Notes under the pieces: model-generated
What the model saw: only the letters and a program-made list of their open reading frames with translations
Told to the model about the DNA's origin: nothing
Database searches by the model: none
In this document: positions 8,251-16,183 of the stretch, piece by piece
Layout: each line of letters starts with the position of its first letter
Numbering within the stretch: the first letter of the stretch is position 1
Position numbers and translations under genes: made by a program
From: a virus
Lineage: Duplodnaviria > Caudoviricetes
Virus record (IMG/VR): IMGVR_UViG_3300005764_001402
Span: 1-25,953 of that record
Direction: 5' to 3' (one strand)
DNA: 25,953 bases

Positions 8251-9354
8251 ATGGCGGCCCTCGATTTTCCTAATTCGCCAACGAACGGGCAACAGTACGC
8301 CGCGCCCAATGGCGCCACGTATCAATGGGATGGCGCCGCATGGGTAACGACCGGCGGGCAACCGGCGACGCCGACGGGGCCGGCGGGCGGGGATTTAAGC
8401 GGTACGTACCCAAACCCGAGCGTAATTGCGGCCGTCGCGTCGAAATGGACAACAAGCGGCGCGACGATCACGCCGACCGATGCGACAAAGGTTGTTACCC
8501 TGAATAGCCCCTCCTCCGATCACCTCGCTTTTGGGCCACGCCCGGCAAAGGGTCGGCTCTATGCCGACGGTGGCTCGGATAATCTCATGCTAACACTTAA
8601 CCGCGCCAACACCGGCAAGGATACACTAGCCGAGTCTGCATGGCGTTTGAAGCTAAACGGCACGACTGCCGGCGATACGGCACAGCTTGCGTACACGCCG
8701 GCGGCAAGCACGACGGAAACAGCACTGTTAACGCTCGACAGCGGGGGCACCTTGTCAGTCGCAGGGCAATTCAATCTGCCGAATGCGGGTAACCTACAAA
8801 CCTGGCTGAATAGCGGAAGCGCCGTAACAGACATCTACGCTAACAATGGGCAGACCGTCGGAGCGTCAAGGCCACAATGGTTCATGCGGCTCGATACCGG
8901 GGGCGATTTAGCTTACTTCACGCGGCGAGCGCCGAATGCGGGCGCGTACGTGAATACGCTTTTGTCCGACGGCTCCGGCAATCTTACCATTAGCGGCGCG
9001 ACCGCAACGAAGGCGAGCGGCACCACATGGGCGAATCCATCCGACCCGCGGTTGAAAGAAGACGTGGCGCCGTACTCGCGGGGCACGGCCGAGCTCGTGC
9101 AGCTTGACCCCATCATGTATCGCTACAACGGTCGGGCCGGCACGTCGCCCGACATTCATGGAATCGGGCTCGACGCCGCCGCCGTCAAACCGATCATGCC
9201 CGAATGTGTTAGGACCGTATCGGTACAACTCGATCCCGACGACGCCGAGCCAACGGACATTTTGACCCTCGACGCGAGTCCGATCATTTTTACGCTTATC
9301 AATGCCGTCAAGGAGCTCGCGGCACGGGTCGCGGCGCTCGAAGCGCATGCCTGA
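8251..9354 (+). CDS. Tail fibre with C-terminal intramolecular chaperone (peptidase S74-like)
   Basis: N-terminal LDFPNSPTNGQ; SDPRLKEDV autocleavage motif; C-terminal coiled coil LINAVKELAARVAALE. Confidence 0.88.
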   Translation: MAALDFPNSPTNGQQYAAPNGATYQWDGAAWVTTGGQPATPTGPAGGDLSGTYPNPSVIAAVASKWTTSGATITPTDATKVVTLNSPSSDHLAFGPRPAKGRLYADGGSDNLMLTLNRANTGKDTLAESAWRLKLNGTTAGDTAQLAYTPAASTTETALLTLDSGGTLSVAGQFNLPNAGNLQTWLNSGSAVTDIYANNGQTVGASRPQWFMRLDTGGDLAYFTRRAPNAGAYVNTLLSDGSGNLTISGATATKASGTTWANPSDPRLKEDVAPYSRGTAELVQLDPIMYRYNGRAGTSPDIHGIGLDAAAVKPIMPECVRTVSVQLDPDDAEPTDILTLDASPIIFTLINAVKELAARVAALEAHA

Positions 9355-10045
9355 GACGCCGCCCGCCGCCGGGCGCGTGCTCGGCCCCGATCATCCATTA
9401 GCCATTCGCGCCGCGGCGCGGGTCGCCCTCGAACAACGCAAAGCCGCGGCGGCGTACGGCACGCACGGCGACCCGTGGGCGTTCGTGCGCGACTGCGTAT
9501 GGACGCGCGACGAAGCGACCGGACAAGTACGGCGCTACCCGGCGCACGAGTACGCCGAGCTCTTGACCCGGCGGTGGCAATCGCTCCCGATACTCGTCGT
9601 CGCCAAGAGCCGGCGCATGGTGTGCACCTGGCTGTTTGTCGCGCTCAACTATTGGCTCGCCCGCTACACGCCACTAACGAAATGCGCGTTCATGGCACGC
9701 AAGCTCGGGCGAACGGAAACCGAGGGCTCGTGCGAGCTCGTACGGCGGGCGCATTTTATTCACCGCCATACGCCGGCGTCGCTTGAGCCGGTCGAGGTCG
9801 ATTACTCTATCGGCCTTTTACGCTTTCCCAACGGGTCGGAAATCGTCGCCCTCGGCGAAGGCGAGGAGCAAGCCCGGCAACATACCTTTACCTCGGTGCT
9901 CGCCGACGAGGTTTCGTTTTGGGAACATGCGTACGAGACTTGGGTTGCGCTCCGGCCGACCATCGAAGGCGGCGGCCGCATAACCGCCGTCTCCTCCGCC
10001 GGCCCGGGATTCTTCCGCGACCTGTGCCATGACCAACTAGGCTAA
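9347..10045 (+). CDS. terL: Terminase large subunit, ATPase domain only (232 aa)
   Basis: Walker A-like AKSRRMVCTW, LRFPNGSEI, Walker B VLADEVSF, coupling motif VSSA; stop follows at FFRDLCHDQLG. ATG at 9347 overlaps the fibre stop. Confidence 0.85.
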   Translation: MPETPPAAGRVLGPDHPLAIRAAARVALEQRKAAAAYGTHGDPWAFVRDCVWTRDEATGQVRRYPAHEYAELLTRRWQSLPILVVAKSRRMVCTWLFVALNYWLARYTPLTKCAFMARKLGRTETEGSCELVRRAHFIHRHTPASLEPVEVDYSIGLLRFPNGSEIVALGEGEEQARQHTFTSVLADEVSFWEHAYETWVALRPTIEGGGRITAVSSAGPGFFRDLCHDQLG

Positions 10046-10347
10046 TGGAGCATCACGCCTCATGCATGCGTTTCCAAGCATGGGATATGGGCGAGCAAGT
10101 ACCGTGCACCTGCCCGGCTACTTGGCCCCGGCGTACCGTGGCGCGTAACCCGGGCGAATGGTACGAGGAGCGCCGGCAAGAGGCGGAGCGCCTCGAGGCG
10201 GAGCTCGCCGGCGCCCGCAAGGTGCGCGACGCAATTAACGCCGTCGAGGGCGGGCGTTGGGCGGCGGGTCATATGGTCGACGCGGCAAACGAAGCGGTGC
10301 ATCGGATCGAGCGCGCCCTAGAACAAGCACGCTACGTCGGCGACTAG
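10045..10347 (+). CDS. Hypothetical protein (100 aa)
   Basis: TAATG overlap with the terminase stop; His/Cys N-terminus then coiled coil. Confidence 0.65.
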   Translation: MEHHASCMRFQAWDMGEQVPCTCPATWPRRTVARNPGEWYEERRQEAERLEAELAGARKVRDAINAVEGGRWAAGHMVDAANEAVHRIERALEQARYVGD

Positions 10348-10359
10348 GAGGGGCACAGT

Positions 10360-10524
10360 ATGGCAACGAAGCACGAGCCCGAGGAAAGCGGCGCGGCGAA
10401 GGTCGACATTACGCGACCCGACGGCACGCATATTCTCGTCGAGGGTAGCGCCGCCTTTGTCAGCCGCAAGGTCGCCGAGATTTTGACGGTGCTCTACCCG
10501 CCCCCGCCCCCGCCGCCGGCGTGA
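10360..10524 (+). CDS. Hypothetical protein (54 aa, poly-Pro tail)
   Basis: Not in the track. AGGAGG SD; MATKHEPEESGAAKVDITRPDGTHILVEGS...YPPPPPPPA; GTGA overlap with the next gene. Confidence 0.7.
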   Translation: MATKHEPEESGAAKVDITRPDGTHILVEGSAAFVSRKVAEILTVLYPPPPPPPA

Positions 10525-10745
10525 CCTTCACTAGCGAGGTCACGGCGCCGGTTAGCGTCGAGGTCACGGGCTACACGCCGCCGAGCTCGGGGCGGTACCA
10601 TGACCGGCCCGAGCGGTGCACGCCCGCCGAGGGCGAGGCGGTCGAGCTCGTGGTGACCCTCGGCGGGGTCGACGTGACCGACGCGCTACCGGCCGACGTG
10701 CTCGAAGCGCTCGCAAGCGAAGCGCTCGACCTCCTCGCCGACTAG
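10521..10745 (+). CDS. Hypothetical acidic phage protein (74 aa)
   Basis: GTGA overlap; YTP...G....PERCTPAE pattern typical of small phage proteins. Confidence 0.65.
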   Translation: MTFTSEVTAPVSVEVTGYTPPSSGRYHDRPERCTPAEGEAVELVVTLGGVDVTDALPADVLEALASEALDLLAD

Positions 10746-10924
10746 CGGGCGCGCGAGCGGCGCCGGCGGGCTTTCTTCGCCCGCGCCCACCGCACCCGTA
10801 CGGCGTGGCGGGCTTGCCGGCTACGCTCCGCGGGGTCGAGCGCCTCGGCCCGAGCTCGGCCGCCCTTGCTTGCGCCGAGGCGCCCTAGAGCGGCCGCGGC
10901 GGCGCTAATCTCCTCGGGGGTCAT
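10742..10924 (-). CDS. Small basic KGG-like putative nucleic-acid-binding protein (60 aa)
   Basis: AAAALGRLGASKGGRARAEALDPAERSRQARHAVRVRW; AAGGGG upstream of the ATG at 10924. Confidence 0.75.
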   Translation of the reverse strand: MTPEEISAAAAALGRLGASKGGRARAEALDPAERSRQARHAVRVRWARAKKARRRRSRAR

Positions 10925-10958
10925 GGCGACCCCTTGTACGAGCGCGGGCGGGTATTGC

Positions 10959-11609
10959 CTAGGCTCGCGCCTTGCGCCACCGGGCGAGGGCGACGACCCC
11001 GAGCCACGCGGCGAGGTCTTGCGGGTCGTCGTACGGTACGAGCTCGTAGCGCCCCGTACGTTGTAGGTGCACGCCGACCCGGGCCGGCGTGCCCCATTCG
11101 ACGGGTACGAGGCGGCCGCCGCCCGGCGGGGCCGTATACAAGCCCTCGGTCGCATACCCGGCGGTTTGGAGCGCGTAGGAGCCCGCCATGCGGGCCGTCG
11201 CCTTGCGCTCGGCGACGGTCACGTACCCGCCGAGCTCGCCGACGCAATCGGCCGTACCAGCATACTCGTAGGTCGGGTGATACAGGATAACCTGTGAGGC
11301 TATCGGGCGGTAACCGTAGTCAGCTTTGAAGGCGCGCCACGCTTGCACGTAGCCGACCGCCTCGGGGTGTACCGAGCTCCAATCGAGATCGTCGGCGTCG
11401 TCGAGGTCGCAACAGAGGTCAACGTGTATGCCGCGCCGGCGGGCGTGTAAGAGTACGTGCGGGTTAACCTTGGAATAGTCGGGCGAAATGCCCGCGGCTT
11501 CGAGGAGCTCGGTAACCGACGGCACGGGCGCGCCGTCGACCCGGTAGACGTGCGCCTCGGGGTCGAAGGTCAGAATCGAGCCGGCGGTTTCGTCGAGCGC
11601 GCCCGCCAT
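10959..11609 (-). CDS. PD-(D/E)XK exonuclease (RecB/Cas4-like phage family)
   Basis: FDPEAHVY, PSVT, RGIHV, YAGTAD...ERK, LQTAGY motifs. Confidence 0.85.
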   Translation of the reverse strand: MAGALDETAGSILTFDPEAHVYRVDGAPVPSVTELLEAAGISPDYSKVNPHVLLHARRRGIHVDLCCDLDDADDLDWSSVHPEAVGYVQAWRAFKADYGYRPIASQVILYHPTYEYAGTADCVGELGGYVTVAERKATARMAGSYALQTAGYATEGLYTAPPGGGRLVPVEWGTPARVGVHLQRTGRYELVPYDDPQDLAAWLGVVALARWRKARA

Positions 11610-11612
11610 CGC

Positions 11613-12830
11613 TCAAAACTCGCGCCGCGGGCAATTCATGCTCCGCGGGGCGCCGTAGCTCCGCGGGGCCGCCGAGCCGTAGCGGCGCACGAGCCGGGGG
11701 CGGGGCCGCGGAGCCGGCGCCGGGCCGCCGAGCGCCGCCTCGACCGCCGCGGGTACTTGCGCGCAAAGCTCGTCGTAGGCGCGCCACGAGCAATCCGACA
11801 GCCGCTCGCGCCCCTGAGTCTGACCGACCCAATCGACGAGGTAGGCGCGAGCCGCGTCGAATACGCCGGCGTGCTGGTCTTGGGGTACCTCGGCCGCCTC
11901 GACCGCCTCGTGTAATATCGCCATGAGGCGATTGACGCGAGCGGGCGAAAGCGCGTCGGGCGGCGTGGCGCCGCCGGCGGGCACCGGCGGAGCGCTCGAC
12001 CGCACCGGCGGCCGCGGGGCGGGGCGCGCCGGCGGGGCGGCGCGGGTCTGCATTGGACGCACCGGCGGGGCGGCCCGAGGCGGCGCCGGGCGCGCCGGCG
12101 ACGGCGGCGGAGCGGTACGCCTGACCGATTCCTCTAGCTGACCTTGCAACGAGCTCGCCGGAGCCGCGCCGCTCTTCGACTTGGGCGCCTCGAATTCGCC
12201 CGCCTCGGCGCCGCCGTTGTCGAAGCCACCGCCGGGCGTATCTTCGAGGTCTTGGGTAAAAATCTCGCTCAACCCGGCGCATCGAAGCACGGCGTCGGTT
12301 TGCGCGCTTTTCTGCACCATTTTGACGGTCTTGTTGACGTCGCCGTAATCCTGGTCACGGTGGCGCGCTCCGCGGCCCTCGGCGACTACGACGCCACTAG
12401 TAGTCACTAGCTCACACTTGAGCGCGACAACGCCCGCCTCAGACCCGAGCATTTCCCACGTTTCGACGTCGCGTACGAAGCGCGGGCGGAGCCGGAGGAG
12501 CCCGCACAGTTTCTCGCTCCCGGGCTTGCACAAGGTACTCTTGCCGCCACACTCGGCACACGCCCGAGCCGTCATATTTCCCTTGTCGGGACAGTCGGTC
12601 TTGTTGCCGCGGGGGCCGACCTTTTTGTGGATTAACGTATAGTCGATGCCCGCGACGAGTTGGCTCAGAAGCCAATCGACGAGGAGCTTACGCGACTCGG
12701 CGTAGGTCGCTAGCTGCGCGGCGAGCGCGGCGGGGTCGTTCAAGATAAGCGCGTCGGCACCCTCGGGCGGTACCACGGTTAGCGCGCCCTCGGGCGGTGC
12801 GGCTACGACCTCGGGGGTTTCCTGTTCCAT
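11613..12830 (-). CDS. Putative single-strand annealing/recombination protein (405 aa)
   Basis: ATG at 12830 with AAGGGAG SD; LCKPGSEKL...KMVQKSA...IFTQDLED core, Pro-rich linker; adjacent to the exonuclease as in Red/RecET pairs. Confidence 0.65.
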   Translation of the reverse strand: MEQETPEVVAAPPEGALTVVPPEGADALILNDPAALAAQLATYAESRKLLVDWLLSQLVAGIDYTLIHKKVGPRGNKTDCPDKGNMTARACAECGGKSTLCKPGSEKLCGLLRLRPRFVRDVETWEMLGSEAGVVALKCELVTTSGVVVAEGRGARHRDQDYGDVNKTVKMVQKSAQTDAVLRCAGLSEIFTQDLEDTPGGGFDNGGAEAGEFEAPKSKSGAAPASSLQGQLEESVRRTAPPPSPARPAPPRAAPPVRPMQTRAAPPARPAPRPPVRSSAPPVPAGGATPPDALSPARVNRLMAILHEAVEAAEVPQDQHAGVFDAARAYLVDWVGQTQGRERLSDCSWRAYDELCAQVPAAVEAALGGPAPAPRPRPRLVRRYGSAAPRSYGAPRSMNCPRREF

Positions 12831-12876
12831 GGTGGTACTCCCTTTCGCCGTGCTCTCATGGTAGTACGGCGCTTTA

Positions 12877-13278
12877 GTGGCTAGCTGTGCGGCGCGGGCG
12901 GTCAAGATGCAAGCGCACCCGGGGCACGCCGCCGGCTTGCCTGATTTACGAGCGCTCTTTGCCGACGACCCGACCGACTCGCATACGTGGCGTCGCTTCG
13001 TACGCGACCGGGGCGAATCGCCGGAGCGGTGCTTAGCCTTGGCGGTCATGACGCAAGCGCTCCTCGACCTCCGGTTGCCGGAAGGTCGCGCGCACGGGAA
13101 AGACGCCGGCGTGTATGAGCGCACATGGGCGTGGTTTCAAACGAACGACCGCGGTTGGCCCCTCGCCTTTGTGAGCATTTGCGAGATGTTCGATTGGAGC
13201 CCCGAGGCGGTACGAGCTCGCGTGCTCGGCCGCTCGCCGGAGCCGCTCCGACTCGTACCGCGCCGGCAACAGTCCTAG
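12877..13278 (+). CDS. Conserved hypothetical protein, possible regulator
   Basis: ERCLALAVMTQALLD...W...D..WPLAFVSICEMFDWSPEAVR pattern; start at 12877 or 12907. Confidence 0.7.
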   Translation: MASCAARAVKMQAHPGHAAGLPDLRALFADDPTDSHTWRRFVRDRGESPERCLALAVMTQALLDLRLPEGRAHGKDAGVYERTWAWFQTNDRGWPLAFVSICEMFDWSPEAVRARVLGRSPEPLRLVPRRQQS

Positions 13279-13324
13279 GACGCATACCCCCTAGACCATA
13301 CGCCCCGGGGGCCGAGGCGTCAAC

Positions 13325-13351
13325 CAATACGTACCGCTACCGATACGTATT
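13325..13351. promoter_or_regulatory. Operator-like inverted repeat
   Basis: AATACGTA-N10-TACGTATT; CAATACGTA recurs at 13691. Confidence 0.55.
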
Positions 13352-13361
13352 TAACCCGCGC

Positions 13362-13391
13362 TTGGCTCCATAGGGGTCGCGCGGGTATGCT
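13362..13391 (+). promoter_or_regulatory. Probable leaderless promoter for the Cro-like gene
   Basis: TTGGCT-18 nt-TATGCT, 7 nt before the ATG at 13399. Confidence 0.5.
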
Positions 13392-13398
13392 TGGCCCC

Positions 13399-13653
13399 AT
13401 GCCCCGCCGCCGGCCCGACGGCCGCCGAAAGCCCCGGATACGGGTCAATGCGATTTACCGGGGCATCCAAGCCGCGGGCGGCCCGACGGCTCTAAAGCGC
13501 GCCCTCGGGGTATCGCTCCCGACCCTGGCCCGGTGGCGCCGGGAGGGGCGGGTTACCGACGCCGCTACCGTGCTCGCATGGGCCGAGCTCGTGCACCCGG
13601 GCGACCCGGCGGCGGCGTATCAGTTCGCTCGGCGCCTCGCCGGTCTGCGGTAG
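13399..13653 (+). CDS. Cro-like HTH regulator
   Basis: IQAAGGPTALKRALGVSLPTLARWRREGRV is a typical Cro/YdaS-type HTH. Confidence 0.8.
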   Translation: MPRRRPDGRRKPRIRVNAIYRGIQAAGGPTALKRALGVSLPTLARWRREGRVTDAATVLAWAELVHPGDPAAAYQFARRLAGLR

Positions 13654-13736
13654 CCCGCAGCAGATTGCCGCACTATTCACAAGCGCATGGCAATACGTAT
13701 CGACGGTGCGCCGGCGGCACGGTAGACCTCGGCAAC

Positions 13737-13922
13737 GTGTCGAAGATTCGTAAGCCCGCCCGTGACTTGCCGCCCCGTATCAGCGTACCCGTAAGCGACG
13801 ACGACGCCGCCCACTTGCGGCGCATCCAAGCCCGGACCCACCTACCCATGTCGGCCCTCAGTCGGTTGCTCTTTCATCGCGGCATTCAAGGCTACCTCGT
13901 CGACGGCAAACTGACCGACTGA
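13737..13922 (+). CDS. Ribbon-helix-helix DNA-binding protein
   Basis: RISVPVSDDDAAHLRRIQARTHLPMSALSRLLFHRGI; GTG start inferred. Confidence 0.7.
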   Translation: MSKIRKPARDLPPRISVPVSDDDAAHLRRIQARTHLPMSALSRLLFHRGIQGYLVDGKLTD

Positions 13923-13930
13923 GCGCATTT

Positions 13931-13958
13931 TGCGGCAATTTGCCGCCGCCTCTTGACG
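13931..13958 (+). promoter_or_regulatory. Palindromic operator next to a -35-like hexamer
   Basis: GCGGCAATTTGCCGC (13932-13946) then TTGACG (13953-13958); a 14/16 inverted copy lies at 13657-13672. Confidence 0.55.
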
Positions 13959-14079
13959 GGTGCTACATACCCGGGCTAGAAGCCTTAGCTCACGTAACAC
14001 GCGCCGAGAATTTAATAGACTTGTAGCGGCGGCGTACCCGAGCGGGGGAGCGGCGTCGGGGGCGGTTGGGTAGGGGTAC

Positions 14080-14721
14080 GTGCGCCCGGTGATACTCGAT
14101 ACCGGGGCGTACGGGATGCATGGAGCCGGGCGGAAGTGGGGCGAGGGAATAACGCGCCCTCCCGACCGAGGCGGCTCAAATCCTAGCCGACTGATTGCCC
14201 GAGCGGCCGCCCTCATTTCCGAGTTATCAACGTGCTTGGTTACCCTCGGCGCCCTCGACCTCGACCCGCCGCGGTTGCCCGAGCTCGTGGCGCCGGCGGC
14301 GTTGTCGACGAAGGCGGCCGCCAAGCGCCTCGGGTGCTCGGCGTATACCCTCGCCGAGCGCGTACGCCGTGGCGAGCTTCAAGCCCGCCAAGACGCCAAG
14401 GGCGGCCCGTACCATTTCGACCCCGCCGAGCTCGCCCGCTTCGAGGCGCGCCGGGGGGTCGGTCGGGTTGCGGAGCGTATAGCCGACTCGTATACTCCCG
14501 GGCATGACAAACGACGAACTCCGAGCGCTCCGGCGTCACCTCGGAATGACACAGCAGCAGCTAGCCGACGCGCTCAGCGTGACCCTCAACACGGTCGCGC
14601 GATGGGAACAAGGCGTGCACAGCATCGGCCCGCTAGCGACCCTGGCACTGTCGCACCTGGTTCAAATGCATGGGCGACGGCCCCCCCATGGGGCGACCCC
14701 GACCCGGAGCCGGAGGGCTAA
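14080..14721 (+). CDS. xis: Excisionase-like (MerR/HTH_17-type) protein
   Basis: LSTKAAAKRLGCSAYTLAERVRRGELQARQ...GGPYHFDPAELARF; start uncertain; C-terminal tail overlaps the XRE gene. Confidence 0.75.
   Translation: MRPVILDTGAYGMHGAGRKWGEGITRPPDRGGSNPSRLIARAAALISELSTCLVTLGALDLDPPRLPELVAPAALSTKAAAKRLGCSAYTLAERVRRGELQARQDAKGGPYHFDPAELARFEARRGVGRVAERIADSYTPGHDKRRTPSAPASPRNDTAAASRRAQRDPQHGRAMGTRRAQHRPASDPGTVAPGSNAWATAPPWGDPDPEPEG
14468..14496 (+). promoter_or_regulatory. Leaderless sigma70-like promoter inside xis
   Basis: TTGCGG-17 nt-TATACT, 7 nt before the ATG at 14504. Confidence 0.75.
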
Positions 14722-14728
14722 GGCATGA
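14504..14728 (+). CDS. XRE-family HTH regulator
   Basis: ELRALRRHLGMTQQQLADALSVTLNTVARWEQG; ATGA-coupled to the integrase. Confidence 0.9.
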   Translation: MTNDELRALRRHLGMTQQQLADALSVTLNTVARWEQGVHSIGPLATLALSHLVQMHGRRPPHGATPTRSRRAKA

Positions 14729-15990
14729 CCGGGGCCAAACGGCGCGGGCGCTTCGTCGCCGACTACTACGTGAAAGCCGGGGGCCGGCTACAGCGCCGGC
14801 GCCTATCGTTCAAGACCGCCGCCGAACGTGACGCCGAATTGGAGCGGCAACGGGCGGTCGAGCGCCGGCAACGCGGGTTAGCTACCGACGTCGATCGGTC
14901 GGTTACGGTCGCCGCCTTCGCCGCCGAATGGCTCGCCGGGCTCGTGGGGCAAATCAAAGACCGCACCCTAGAGGCGTATACGGCGGCGGTTAAGCTCTAC
15001 CTCGTGCCCCGCCTCGGTGATCGCCCCGTGGCGGAGCTCACGCGCCGCGACTGCAAGGCGCTTTTGAAAGACTGCCGACAGCAAGGCGTCGGGTACGTCA
15101 AGGCCGACGGTACCAGGGTACAAAAGCCGCTCGCTAAGGGGTCGGTGTATGCCATTTACAGCGCCCTCCGGGCGCTCTTAAACGAGGCGGTCGAGGAGGA
15201 GCTTATTTCGGGTAACCCCGCCGCCCGGCTCGGCAAGCGCCTGCATTTGCACCCGACGACCCAACACAGAAAGGCGGCGGTTGCGGCCCGGGTACTCACA
15301 AAGGCGCGGCTCCGCGAGCTCGCCGAATGGGTACGTGTAAAGCTCCCGACGGCATACCCCTTGCTTCTGACCCTCGCCCGTACCGGGCTCCGGCTCGGCG
15401 AAGCCCTCGCGCTGCGCCTCGACGACTACGACCCCGAGGGCGCTACGCTCCTCGTGGCCCGGGCGTGGAATGACAAGCACAAGAAGCTAGAGACGCCCAA
15501 GCACGGGGCGCGGCGGGTCGACGTATCGCCCCAACTAGCCGCTATCCTCGACGCCCACATTGCGGCGCTTCGTAAGGTCGTCGGGCTCCATGGGAAGCCC
15601 AAGACCGAATGGCTGTTCCCGTCGCTCGCGTGGGGCATGCTCGACGCCCGCAACGTGCGCCGGCTCCTCCGCCAAATCGCCGCCGGCGCCGAGCTCGGCC
15701 GCGACTTGAAGCCCCATGACCTCCGCCACACGTACGGGTCAATTCTCACGAGCGAAGGCGCCCCGCCTCAGTACGTTCAAGCGCAAATGGGGCACGCCTC
15801 GATACAGCTAACGGTCGACCTATACGGCTCCGGGTTGCCACCGGCCCCCGGTACCCCGCCCGTGAGTTATCAACACTGGGTCGAAGCCCTCGACGACGGC
15901 CCCTCGACACGTCGCCATTCGCGGCGTACTGGTCACGGCATGGTCACAGCGCCGCGGGCGCGTAAGACCAACGGGGCGGTAAATGCCTGA
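14725..15990 (+). CDS. int: Tyrosine integrase
   Basis: TGLRLGEALAL, TPK, HDLRHTY, MGHAS, TVDLY catalytic motifs. Confidence 0.96.
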   Translation: MTGAKRRGRFVADYYVKAGGRLQRRRLSFKTAAERDAELERQRAVERRQRGLATDVDRSVTVAAFAAEWLAGLVGQIKDRTLEAYTAAVKLYLVPRLGDRPVAELTRRDCKALLKDCRQQGVGYVKADGTRVQKPLAKGSVYAIYSALRALLNEAVEEELISGNPAARLGKRLHLHPTTQHRKAAVAARVLTKARLRELAEWVRVKLPTAYPLLLTLARTGLRLGEALALRLDDYDPEGATLLVARAWNDKHKKLETPKHGARRVDVSPQLAAILDAHIAALRKVVGLHGKPKTEWLFPSLAWGMLDARNVRRLLRQIAAGAELGRDLKPHDLRHTYGSILTSEGAPPQYVQAQMGHASIQLTVDLYGSGLPPAPGTPPVSYQHWVEALDDGPSTRRHSRRTGHGMVTAPRARKTNGAVNA

Positions 15991-16170
15991 TTTCATTAGT
16001 GGGCCGCGCAGGGATCGAACCTGCGACCCGCTGATTAAGAGTAGGCGCGATGGGCAACACCGCCCCACGTCGCCCCATGTAAAGCCACGTCTTTTCTCGA
16101 TTTGGCGCGGCTAGGGCATGGGCGCATGTGGGGCCGTATTGCTTCCCGTGGTCACAAACTGGTCACAGCG
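15930..16170. repeat. Integrase arm-type sites flanking the att core
   Basis: TGGTCAC pairs with 11-bp period at 15930/15941 and 16149/16160, each ending TGGTCACAGCG. IHF-like WATCARNNNNTTR match on the minus strand at 15980-15992. CGCCCCAYGT tandem at 16061-16080. Confidence 0.8.
16000..16042 (-). mobile_element. attP core: 3' half of tRNA-Lys(CTT), not a complete tRNA
   Basis: Minus strand reads ACTCTTAATCAGCGGGTCGCAGGTTCGATCCCTGCGCGGCCCA: CTT anticodon loop, T-arm and acceptor 3' strand. The 5' half is absent. Lies 9 nt after int. Confidence 0.9.
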
Positions 16171-16183
16171 GGAGGGGCGGCGA

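Noticed and set aside
6477-9354. Diversity-generating retroelement or invertase shufflon acting on the fibres
   Set aside because: No reverse transcriptase, dedicated invertase or adenine-specific template/variable repeat pair was seen; repeats differ mainly at synonymous positions.
10045-10347. AWDMG resembles the first acidic motif of a TerL nuclease reached by frameshift
   Set aside because: The remainder is short and coiled-coil-like with no RNase H pattern, and there is no slippery sequence at the junction.
10959-11609. Cas4 as part of a CRISPR system
   Set aside because: It lacks the four-Cys Fe-S pattern, and its context is a phage recombination pair.
12831-13124. N-terminal extension of the 503-aa ORF
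   Set aside because: It overlaps the convincing + strand gene 12877..13278, and ATG 12830 has a good SD.
15990-16075. Complete tRNA-Lys gene
   Set aside because: The D-arm and acceptor 5' strand are missing and the 3' end reads CTA rather than CCA; it is an att core.
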